Positions 11,892 through 23,802 of a stretch of 64,000 nucleotides of DNA are shown here, one piece after another. Under the pieces are notes generated by a model, which was not told the origin of the DNA, made no database searches, and saw only the letters and a program-made list of their open reading frames with translations. Where the stretch lies: assembly GCF_009914755.1 (NCBI RefSeq), contig NC_060929.1; one strand, 5' to 3'. This stretch comes from the human T2T-CHM13v2.0 reference genome, Homo sapiens. Every line of letters starts with the position of its first letter. Position 1 is the first letter of the stretch. The translations under genes and the position numbers were made by a program.

Positions 11892-13766
11892 CATTCTCAG
11901 AAGGTCCTTTGTGATGTGTGCGTTCAACTCACAGAGTTGAACCTTCCTTTTGAGAGAGAAGTTTTGAAACAGTCTTTTTGTAGTATTTGCAAGTGGATAT
12001 TTGGAGCGATTTGTGGAGTATGGTGGAAAATGAAATATCTTCACATACAAACTAGACAGAAGCATTGTCAGAAACTGCTTTGTGATGTGTGCATTTAAGT
12101 CACAGACTTGAAACTTCCTTTAGGTAGAGCAGTGTTGAAACACACTTTTTGTATAATCTACAAGTGTTCTTTGGAGTGCTTTGTTGCCTATGTTGGAAAA
12201 AGAAATATCTTCACATAAAAACTAGACAGAAGCATTCTCAGAAACTCCTTTGTGATGGGTGTGTTCAATTCACATTGTTGAACCTTTCTTTTGATACAGC
12301 AGTGTTGAAACAAACATTTTGTAGAATCTGCAAGTGTTCATTTCAAATGCTTTGTGGCCTATGTTGGAAAAAGTGATATCTTCACCTAAAAAATAGACAG
12401 AAGCATTCTCAGGAACTGCTTTGTAATATGTGCATTCAACTCACAGAGTTGAACCTTCCTTTTGAGAAGGCGGTTTTGAAACAGTCTTTTTGTAGTATCT
12501 GCAAGTGGATATTTGGAGCGATTTGAGGTCTAAGAAGGAAAAGGAAGTACCTTCAAATAAAAACTAGACAGAAGCTTTCTCAGAAACTGCTTTGTGATGT
12601 GTGCATTTAACTCAAAGTCTTGATCCTTACTTTTGTTAGAGCAGTGTTGAAACACACTTTTTGTAGAACCTGGTAGTGTTCATTTGGAGAGATTTTTTGC
12701 CTATGGTGGAAAAAGGATTATCTTCTCTTTAAAACTAGACAGAAGCATTCTTAGAAACTGCTTTGTGATGTGTGTGTTCAATTCACAGAGTTGAAACTTT
12801 CCTTTGACAGAGCAGGTTTGAAACACTGATTCTGTAGAATCTGCTTGTGGATATTGGGAGCTCCTTGACGAATACGTTTTAAAAGGCATATCTTCACATA
12901 CAAACTAGACAGAAGCATTCTCAGAAAGTGCTTTGTGATGTGTGCATTCAACTCACAGAGTTGAACCTTCCATTTGAGAGAGCAGTGTTGAAACAGTCTT
13001 TTTGTAGTATCTTCAAGTGGATATTTGGAGCGATTTGAGGCCTATGATGGAAAAGGAAATATCTTCACATACAAACTAGACAGAAGCATTCTCAGAAACT
13101 GCTTTGTGATGTGTGCATTCAACCGACAGATTTGAACTTTCCTTTTGAGAGGGAGGTTTTGAAACAGTCTTTTTGTAGTATCTGCAAGTGGATATTTGTA
13201 GTGACTTGGGGCCTCAGGTGGAAAAGGAAATACCTTCACATACAAAGTAGACAGAAGTATTCTCAGAAACTCCATTGTGATGTGTGCACTCAACTCACAG
13301 AGTTGAACCTTCCTTTTGAGAGAGCAGTTTTGAAACAGTCTTTTTGTAACGTCTGCAGGTGGATATTTGGAGCGATTCGTGTAGTATGATGGAAAAGGAA
13401 ATATCTTCACATACAAACTAAACAGAAGCATTCTCAGAAACTTCTTGTGATGTGTGCATTCACCTAACAGAGTGGAACCGTTCTTTTGATAGAGCAGTTT
13501 TGAATCAGTCTTTTGGTAGGACCTGCAAGTTTTCATTTGGAGCGCTTTGAAGCCCATGGTGGAAAAGGGACTATCTTCACAAAAAACTAGGCAGAAGCCT
13601 TCTCAGGAACTTCATTGAGATGTGTGCATTCAACTAACAGAGTTGAAACTGTCTTTTGACAGAGGAGGAATGAAACACTCCTTTTGTAGTATCTGATTGT
13701 GTATATTTGGAACTCTTTGAGTTATTCGTTGGAAACAGGTATCTTAACATAAAAAGTAGACCCAAG
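11892..13766 (+). repeat. 11-mer HOR variant (1875 bp): m1/m4 hybrid (513-bp deletion) plus loss of m11 (170 bp)
   Basis: Landmark spacing 11832->13707 is 1875. The junction reads 'gtgcgttcaactcacagagttgaaccttccttttgagagagaag' at ~11918-11961, and m10 is followed directly by m12 at ~13087. Confidence 0.93.
13724..13740 (+). promoter_or_regulatory. CENP-B box, mutated (CGGG>CAGG)
   Basis: ATTCGTTGGAAACAGGT. Confidence 0.9.
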
Positions 13767-16281
13767 CATTCTCAGAAGGTCCTTTGTGATGTGTGCGTTC
13801 AACTCACAGACTTCAAACTTTCTTTTGATAGAGCAGTGTTGAAACACAGTTTTTGTAGAATCCACAAGTATTCATTTGGAGCGCTTTGTTGCCTATGTGG
13901 GAAAAAGGAATATCTTCACTTAAAAACTAGACAGAAGCATTCTCTGAAACTCCTCTGTGAAGTGTGTGTTCAATTCACATCGTTGAACCTTTCTTTTGAT
14001 GGAGCAGTGATGAAACATACTTTTTGTAGAATCTGCAAGTGTCCATTTCGAGTTCTTTTGTGCGTATGTTGGAAAAAGTGATATCTTCACCTGAAAAATA
14101 GACAGAAGCATTCCAGAAACTGCTTTGTAACATGTGCATTCAACTCACAGTGTTGAACCTTCCTTTTGAGAGAGCGGTTTTGAAACAGTCTTTTTGTAGT
14201 ATCTGCAAGTGGATATTTGCAGTGATTTGAGGCCGAAGAAGGAAAAGGAAATACCTTCAAATAAAAAACTAGACGGAAGCATTTTCGGAAACTGCCTTGT
14301 GATGTGTGCATTCAACTCACAGAGTTGAACTTTCCTTTTGAGAGAGAAGTTTTGAAACAGTCTTTTTGTAGTATTTGCAAGTGGATATTTGGAGCGATTT
14401 GTGGAGTATGGTGGAAAATGAAATATCTTCACATACAAACTAGACAGAAGCATTCTCAGAAACTGCTTTGTGATGTGTGCATTTAAGTCACAGACGTGAA
14501 ACTTCCTTTAGATAAAGCAGTGTTGAAACACACTTTTTGTATAATCTACAAGTGTTCTTTGGAGTGCTTTGTTGCCTATGTTGGAAAAAGAAATATCTTC
14601 ACATAAAAACTAGACAGAAGCATTCTCAGAAACTCCTTTGTGATGGGTGTGTTCAATTCACATTGTTGAACCTTTCTTTTGATACAGCAGTGTTGAAACA
14701 AACATTTTGTAGAATCTGCAAGTGTTCATTTCAAATGCTTTGTGGCCTATGTTGGAAAAAGTGATATCTTCACCTAAAAAATAGACAGAAGCATTCTCAG
14801 GAACTGCTTTGTAATATGTGCATTCAACTCACAGAGTTGAACCTTCCTTTTGAGAGAGCGGTTTTGAAACAGTCTTTTTGTAGTATCTGCAAGTGGATAT
14901 TTGGAGAGATTTGAGGTCTAAGAAGGAAAAGGAAGTACCTTCAAATAAAAACTAGACAGAAGCTTTCTCAGAAACTGCTTTGTGATGTGTGCATTTAACT
15001 CAACGTCTTGATCCTTACTTTTGTTAGAGCAGTGTTGAAACACACTTTTTGTAGAACCTGGTAGTGTTCATTTGGAGAGATTTGTTGCCTATGGTGGAAA
15101 AAGGATTATCTTCTCTTAAAAACTAGACAGAAGCATTCTTAGAAACTGCTTTGTGACGTGTGTGTTCAATTCACAGAGTTGAAACTTTCCTTTGACAGAG
15201 CAGGTTTGAAACACTGCTTCTGTAGAATCTGCTTGTGGATATTGGGAGCTCCTTGAGGAATACGTTTTAAAAGGCATATCTTCACATACAAACTAGACAG
15301 AAGCATTCTCAGAAACTGCTTTGTGATGTGTGCATTCAACTCACAGAGTTGAACCTTCCATTTGAGAGAGCAGTGTTGAAACAGTCTTTTTGTAGTATCT
15401 TCAAGTGGATATTTGGAGCGATTTGAGGCCTATGATGGAAAAGGAAATATCTTCACATACAAACTAGACAGAAGCATTCTCAGAAACTGCTTTGTGATGT
15501 GTGCATTCAACCCACAGAGTTGAACCTTCCTTTTGAGAGAGCAGTGTTGAAACGGTCTTTTGTAGTATCTGCAAGTGGATATTTGGAGCGATTTGAGGCC
15601 TATGATGGAAAAGGAAATATCTTCACATACAAACTAGACAGAAGCATTCTCAGAAACTGCTTTGTGATGTGTGCATTCAACCGACAGATTTGAACTTTCC
15701 TTTTGAGAGGGAGGTTTTGAAACAGTCTTTTTGTAGTATCTGCAAGTGGATATTTGTAGTGACTTGGGGCCTCAGGTAGAAAAGGAAATACCTTCACATA
15801 CAAAGTAGACAGAAGTATTCTCAGAAACTCCATTGTGATGTGTGCACTCAACTCACAGAGTTGAACCTTCCTTTTGAGAGAGCAGTTTTGAAACAGTCTT
15901 TTTGTAACGTCTGCAGGTGGATATTTGGAGCGATTCGTGTAGTATGATGGAAAAGGAAATATCTTCACATACAAACGAAACAGAAGCATTCTCAGAAACT
16001 TCTTGTGATGTGTGCATTCACCTAACAGAGTGGAACCGTTCTTTTGATAGAGCAGTTTTGAATCAGTCTTTTGGTAGGACCTGCAAGTATTCATTTGGAG
16101 CGCTTTGAAGCCCATGGTGGAAAAGGGACTATCTTCACAAAAAACTAGGCAGAAGCCTTCTCAGGAACTTCATTGAGATGTGTGCATTCAACTAACAGAG
16201 TTGAAACTGTCTTTTGACAGAGGAGGAATGAAACACTCCTTTTGTAGTATCTGATTGTGTATATTTGGAACTCTTTGTGTT

Positions 16282-16298
16282 ATTCGTTGGAAACAGGT
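16282..16298 (+). promoter_or_regulatory. CENP-B box, mutated (CGGG>CAGG)
   Basis: ATTCGTTGGAAACAGGT. Confidence 0.9.
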
Positions 16299-18839
16299 AT
16301 CTTCACATAAAAAGTAGACCCAAGCATTCTCAGAAGGTCCTTTGTGATGTGTGCATTCAACTCACAGACTTGAAACTTTCTTTTGATAGAGCAGTGTTGA
16401 AACAGAGTTTTTGTAGAATCCACAAGTATTCATTTGGAGCGCTTTGTTGCCTATGTGGGAAAAAGGAATATCTTCACTTAAAAACTAGACAGAAGCATTC
16501 TCTGAAACTCCTCTGTGAAGTGTGTGTTCAATTCACATCGTTGAACCTTTCTTTTGATGGAGCAGTGTTGAAACATACTTTTTGTAGAATCTGCAAGTGT
16601 CCATTTCGAGTTCTTTTGTGCGTATGTTGGAAAAAGTGATATCTTCACCTGAAAAATAGACAGAAGCATTCCAGAAACTGCTTTGTAACATGTGCATTCA
16701 ACTCACAGTGTTGAACCTTCCTTTTGAGAGAGCGGTTTTGAAACAGTCTTTTTGTAGTATCTGCAAGTGGATATTTGCAGTGATTTGAGGCCGAAGAAGG
16801 AAAAGGAAATACCTTCAAATAAAAAACTAGACGGAAACATTTTCAGAAACTGCCTTGTGATGTGTGCATTCAACTCACAGAGTTGAACCTTCCTTTTGAG
16901 AGAGAAGTTTTGAAACAGTCTTTTTGTAGTATTTGCAAGTGGATATTTGGAGCGATTTGTGGAGTGTGGTGGAAAATGAAATATCTTCACATACAAACTA
17001 GACAGAAGCATTCTCAGAAACTGCTTTGTGATGTGTGCATTTAAGTCACAGACTTGAAACTTCCTTTAGGTAGAGCAGTGTTGAAACACACTTTTTGTAT
17101 AATCTACAAGTGTTCTTTGGAGTGCTTTGTTGCCTATGTTGGAAAAAGAAATATCTTCACATAAAAACTAGACAGAAGCATTCTCAGAAACTCCTTTGTG
17201 ATGGGTGTGTTCAATTCACATTGTTGAACCTTTCTTTTGATACAGCAGTGTTGAAACAAACATTTTGTAGAATCTGCAAGTGTTCATTTCAAATGCTTTG
17301 TGGCCTATGTTGGAAAAAGTGATATCTTCACATAAAAAATAGACAGAAGCATTCTCAGGAACTGCTTTGTAATATGTGCATTCAACTCACAGAGTTGAAC
17401 CTTCCTTTTGAGAGAGCGGTTTTGAAACAATCTTTTTGTAGTATCTGCAAGTGGATATTTGGAGCGATTTGAGGTTTAAGAAGGAAAAGGAAGTACCTTC
17501 AAATAAAAACTAGACAGAAGCTTTCTCAGAAACTGCTTTGTGATGTGTGCATTTAACTCAAAGTCTTGATCCTTAGTTTTGTTAGAGCAGTGTTGAAACA
17601 CACTTTTTGTAGAACCTGGTAGTGTTCATTTGGAGAGATTTGTTGCCTATGGTGGAAAAAGGATTATCTTCTCTTAAAAACTAGACAGAAGCATTCTTAG
17701 AAACTGCTTTGTGATGTGTGTGTTCAATTCACAGAGTTGAAACTTTCCTTTGACAGAGCAGGTTTGAAACACTGCTTCTGTAGAATCTGCTTGTGGATAT
17801 TGGGAGCTCCTTGAGGAATACGTTGTAAAAGGCATATCTTCACATACAAACTAGACAGAAGCATTCTCAGAAACTGCTTTGTGATGTGTGCATTCAACTC
17901 ACAGAGTTGAACCTTCCATTTGAGAGAGCAGTGTTGAAACAGTCTTTTTGTAGTATCTTCAAGTGGATATTTGGAGCGATTTGAGGCCTATGATGGAAAA
18001 GGAAATATCTTCACATACAAACTAGACAGAAGCATTCTCAGAAACTGCTTTGTGATGTGTGCATTCAACCCACAGAGTTGAACCTTCCTTTTGAGAGAGC
18101 AGTGTTGAAACGGTCTTTTGTAGTATCTGCAAGTGGATATTTGGAGCGATTTGAGGCCTATGATGGAAAAGGAAATATCTTCACATACAAACTAGACAGA
18201 AGCATTCTCAGAAACTGCTTTGTGATGTGTGCATTCAACCGACAGATTTGAACTTTCCTTTTGAGAGGGAGGTTTTGAAACAGTCTTTTTGTAGTATCTG
18301 CAAGTGGATATTTGTAGTGACTTGGGGCCTCAGGTGGAAAAGGAAATACCTTCACATACAAAGTAGACAGAAGTATTCTCAGAAACTCCATTGTGATGTG
18401 TGCACTCAACTCACAGAGTTGAACCTTCCTTTTGAGAGAGCAGTTTTGAAACAGTCTTTTTGTAACGTCTGCAGGTGGATATTTGGAGCGATTCGTGTAG
18501 TATGATGGAAAAGGAAATATCTTCACATACAAACTAAACAGAAGCATTCTCAGAAACTTCTTGTGATGTGTGCATTCACCTAACAGAGTGGAACCGTTCT
18601 TTTGATAGAGCAGTTTTGAATCAGTCTTTTGGTAGGACCTGCAAGTTTTCATTTGCAGCGCTTTGAAGCCCATGGTGGAAAAGGGACTATCTTCACAAAA
18701 AACTAGGCAGAAGCCTTCTCAGGAACTTCATTGAGATGTGTGCATTCAACTAACAGAGTTGAAACTGTCTTTTGACAGAGGAGGAATGAAACACTCCTTT
18801 TGTAGTATCTGATTGTGTATATTTGGAACTCTTTGAGTT

Positions 18840-18856
18840 ATTCGTTGGAAACGGGT
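18840..18856 (+). promoter_or_regulatory. CENP-B box, intact
   Basis: ATTCGTTGGAAACGGGT. Confidence 0.93.
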
Positions 18857-18882
18857 ATCTTCACATAAAAAGTAGACCCAAG

Positions 18883-21270
18883 CATTCTCAGAAGGTCCTT
18901 TGTGATGTGTGCGTTCAACTCACAGACTTCAAACTTTCTTTTGATAGAGCAGTGTTGAAACACAGTTTTTGTAGAATCCACAAGTATTCATTTGGAGCGC
19001 TTTGTTGCCTATGTGGGAAAAAGGAATATCTTCACTTGAAAACTAGACAGAAGCATTCTCTGAAACTCCTCTGTGAAGTGTGTGTTCAATTCACATCGTT
19101 GAACCTTTCTTTTGATGGAGCAGTGTTGAAACATACTTTTTGTAGAATCTGCAAGTGTCCATTTCGAGTTCTTTTGTGCGTATGTTGGAAAAAGTGATAT
19201 CTTCACCTGAAAAATAGACAGAAGCATTCTAGAAACTGCTTTGTAACATGTGCATTCAACTCACAGTGTTGAACCTTCCTTTTGAGAGAGCGGTTTTGAA
19301 ACAGTCTTTTTGTAGTATCTGCAAGTGGATATTTGCAGTGATTTGAGGCCGAAGAAGGAAAAGGAAATACCTTCAAATAAAAAACTAGACGGAAGCATTT
19401 TCAGAAACTGCCTTGTGATGTGTGCATTCAACTCACAGAGTTGAACCTTCCTTTTGAGAGAGAAATTTTGAAACAGTCTTTTTGCAGTATTTGCAAGTGG
19501 ATATTTGGAGCGATTTGTGGAGTATGGTGGAAAATGAAATATCTTCACATACAAAGTAGACAGAAGCATTCTCAGAAACTGCTTTGTGATGTGTGCATTT
19601 AAGTCACAGACTTGAAACTTCCTTTAGGTAGAGCAGTGTTGAAACACACTTTTTGTATAATCTACAAGTGTTCTTTGGAGTGCTTTGTTGCCTATGTTGG
19701 AAAAAGAAATATCTTCACATAAAAACTAGACAGAAGCATTCTCAAAAACTCCTTTGTGATGGGTGTGTTCAATTCACATTGTTGAACCTTTCTTTTGATA
19801 CAGCAGTGTTGAAACAAACATTTTGTAGAATCTGCAAATGTTCATTTCAAATGCTTTGTGGCCTATGTTGGAAAAAGAGATATCTTCACCTAAAAAATAG
19901 ACAGAAGCATTCTCAGGAACTGCTTTGTAATATGTGCATTCAACTCACAGAGTTGAACCTTCCTTTTGAGAAGGCGGTTTTGAAACAGTCTTTTTGTAGT
20001 ATCTGCAAGTGGATATTTGGAGCGATTTGAGGTCTAAGAAGGAAAAGGAAGTACCTTCAAATAAAAACTAGACAGAAGCTTTCTCAGAAACTGCTTTGTG
20101 ATGTGTGCATTTAACTCAAAGTCTTGATCCTTACTTTTGTTAGAGCAGTGTTGAAACACACTTTTTGTAGAACCTGGTAGTGTTCATTTGGAGAGATTTT
20201 TTGCCTATGGTGGAAAAAGGATTATCTTCTCTTTAAAACTAGACAGAAGCATTCTTAGAAACTGCTTTGTGATGTGTGTGTTCAATTCACAGAGTTGAAA
20301 CTTTCCTTTGACAGAGCAGGTTTGAAACACTGATTCTGTAGAATCTGCTTGTGGATATTGGGAGCTCCTTGACGAATACGTTTTAAAAGGCATATCTTCA
20401 CATACAAACTAGACAGAAGCATTCTCAGAAAGTGCTTTGTGATGTGTGCATTCAACTCACAGAGTTGAACCTTCCATTTGAGAGAGCAGTGTTGAAACAG
20501 TCTTTTTGTAGTATCTTCAAGTGGATATTTGGAGCGATTTGAGGCCTATGATGGAAAAGGAAATATCTTCACATACAAACTAGACAGAAGCATTCTCAGA
20601 AACTGCTTTGTGATGTGTGCATTCAACCGACAGATTTGAACTTTCCTTTTGAGAGGGAGGTTTTGAAACAGTCTTTTTGTAGTATCTGCAAGTGGATATT
20701 TGTAGTGACTTGGGGCCTCAGGTGGAAAAGGAAATACCTTCACATACAAAGTAGACAGAAGTATTCTCAGAAACTCCATTGTGATGTGTGCACTCAACTC
20801 ACAGAGTTGAACCTTCCTTTTGAGAGAGCAGTTTTGAAACAGTCTTTTTGTAACGTCTGCAGGTGGATATTTGGAGCGATTCGTGTAGTATGATGGAAAA
20901 GGAAATATCTTCACATACAAACTAAACAGAAGCATTCTCAGAAACTTCTTGTGATGTGTGCATTCACCTAACAGAGTGGAACCGTTCTTTTGATAGAGCA
21001 GTTTTGAATCAGTCTTTTGGTAGGACCTGCAAGTTTTCATTTGGAGCGCTTTGAAGCCCATGGTGGAAAAGGGACTATCTTCACAAAAAACTAGGCAGAA
21101 GCCTTCTCAGGAACTTCATTGAGATGTGTGCATTCAACTAACAGAGTTGAAACTGTCTTTTGACAGAGGAGGAATGAAACACTCCTTTTGTAGTATCTGA
21201 TTGTGTATATTTGGAACTCTTTGAGTTATTCGTTGGAAACAGGTATCTTAACATAAAAAGTAGACCCAAG
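18883..21270 (+). repeat. 14-mer HOR variant (2388 bp) lacking m11
   Basis: Landmark spacing 18823->21211 is 2388; m10 is followed directly by m12 ('caaccgacag') at ~20591. Confidence 0.93.
21228..21244 (+). promoter_or_regulatory. CENP-B box, mutated (CGGG>CAGG)
   Basis: ATTCGTTGGAAACAGGT; duplicate of the 13724 site (+7504). Confidence 0.9.
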
Positions 21271-23785
21271 CATTCTCAGAAGGTCCTTTGTGATGTGTGC
21301 GTTCAACTCACAGACTTCAAACTTTCTTTTGATAGAGCAGTGTTGAAACACAGTTTTTGTAGAATCCACAAGTATTCATTTGGAGCGCTTTGTTGCCTAT
21401 GTGGGAAAAAGGAATATCTTCACTTAAAAACTAGACAGAAGCATTCTCTGAAACTCCTCTGTGAAGTGTGTGTTCAATTCACATCGTTGAACCTTTCTTT
21501 TGATGGAGCAGTGATGAAACATACTTTTTGTAGAATCTGCAAGTGTCCATTTCGAGTTCTTTTGTGCGTATGTTGGAAAAAGTGATATCTTCACCTGAAA
21601 AATAGACAGAAGCATTCCAGAAACTGCTTTGTAACATGTGCATTCAACTCACAGTGTTGAACCTTCCTTTTGAGAGAGCGGTTTTGAAACAGTCTTTTTG
21701 TAGTATCTGCAAGTGGATATTTGCAGTGATTTGAGGCCGAAGAAGGAAAAGGAAATACCTTCAAATAAAAAACTAGACGGAAGCATTTTCGGAAACTGCC
21801 TTGTGATGTGTGCATTCAACTCACAGAGTTGAACTTTCCTTTTGAGAGAGAAGTTTTGAAACAGTCTTTTTGTAGTATTTGCAAGTGGATATTTGGAGCG
21901 ATTTGTGGAGTATGGTGGAAAATGAAATATCTTCACATACAAACTAGACAGAAGCATTCTCAGAAACTGCTTTGTGATGTGTGCATTTAAGTCACAGACG
22001 TGAAACTTCCTTTAGATAAAGCAGTGTTGAAACACACTTTTTGTATAATCTACAAGTGTTCTTTGGAGTGCTTTGTTGCCTATGTTGGAAAAAGAAATAT
22101 CTTCACATAAAAACTAGACAGAAGCATTCTCAGAAACTCCTTTGTGATGGGTGTGTTCAATTCACATTGTTGAACCTTTCTTTTGATACAGCAGTGTTGA
22201 AACAAACATTTTGTAGAATCTGCAAGTGTTCATTTCAAATGCTTTGTGGCCTATGTTGGAAAAAGTGATATCTTCACCTAAAAAATAGACAGAAGCATTC
22301 TCAGGAACTGCTTTGTAATATGTGCATTCAACTCACAGAGTTGAACCTTCCTTTTGAGAGAGCGGTTTTGAAACAGTCTTTTTGTAGTATCTGCAAGTGG
22401 ATATTTGGAGAGATTTGAGGTCTAAGAAGGAAAAGGAAGTACCTTCAAATAAAAACTAGACAGAAGCTTTCTCAGAAACTGCTTTGTGATGTGTGCATTT
22501 AACTCAACGTCTTGATCCTTACTTTTGTTAGAGCAGTGTTGAAACACACTTTTTGTAGAACCTGGTAGTGTTCATTTGGAGAGATTTGTTGCCTATGGTG
22601 GAAAAAGGATTATCTTCTCTTAAAAACTAGACAGAAGCATTCTTAGAAACTGCTTTGTGATGTGTGTGTTCAATTCACAGAGTTGAAACTTTCCTTTGAC
22701 AGAGCAGGTTTGAAACACTGCTTCTGTAGAATCTGCTTGTGGATATTGGGAGCTCCTTGAGGAATACGTTTTAAAAGGCATATCTTCACATACAAACTAG
22801 ACAGAAGCATTCTCAGAAAGTGCTTTGTGATGTGTGCATTCAACTCACAGAGTTGAACCTTCCATTTGAGAGAGCAGTGTTGAAACAGTCTTTTTGTAGT
22901 ATCTTCAAGTGGATATTTGGAGCGATTTGAGGCCTATGATGGAAAAGGAAATATCTTCACATACAAAGTAGACAGAAGCATTCTCAGAAACTGCTTTGTG
23001 ATGTGTGCATTCAACCCACAGAGTTGAACCTTCCTTTTGAGAGAGCAGTGTTGAAACGGTCTTTTGTAGTATCTGCAAGTGGATATTTGGAGCGATTTGA
23101 GGCCTATGATGGAAAAGGAAATATCTTCACATACAAACTAGACAGAAGCATTCTCAGAAACTGCTTTGTGATGTGTGCATTCAACCGACAGATTTGAACT
23201 GTCCTTTTGAGAGGGAGGTTTTGAAACAGTCTTTTTGTAGTATCTGCAAGTGGATATTTGTAGTGACTTGGGGCCTCAGGTGGAAAAGGAAATACCTTCA
23301 CATACAAAGTAGACAGAAGTATTCTCAGAAACTCCATTGTGATGTGTGCACTCAACTCACAGAGTTGAACCTTCCTTTTGAGAGAGCAGTTTTGAAACAG
23401 TCTTTTTGTAACGTCTGCAGGTGGATATTTGGAGCGATTCGTGTAGTATGATGGAAAAGGAAATATCTTCACATACAAACTAAACAGAAGCATTCTCAGA
23501 AACTTCTTGTGATGTGTGCATTCACCTAACAGAGTGGAACCGTTCTTTTGATAGAGCAGTTTTGAATCAGTCTTTTGGTAGGACCTGCAAGTTTTCATTT
23601 GCAGCGCTTTGAAGCCCATGGTGGAAAAGGGACTATCTTCACAAAAAACTAGGCAGAAGCCTTCTCAGGAACTTCATTGAGATGTGTGCATTCAACTAAC
23701 AGAGTTGAAACTGTCTTTTGACAGAGGAGGAATGAAACACTCCTTTTGTAGTATCTGATTGTGTATATTTGGAACTCTTTGAGTT

Positions 23786-23802
23786 ATTCGTTGGAAACGG
23801 GT
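23786..23802 (+). promoter_or_regulatory. CENP-B box, intact
   Basis: ATTCGTTGGAAACGGGT. Confidence 0.93.
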
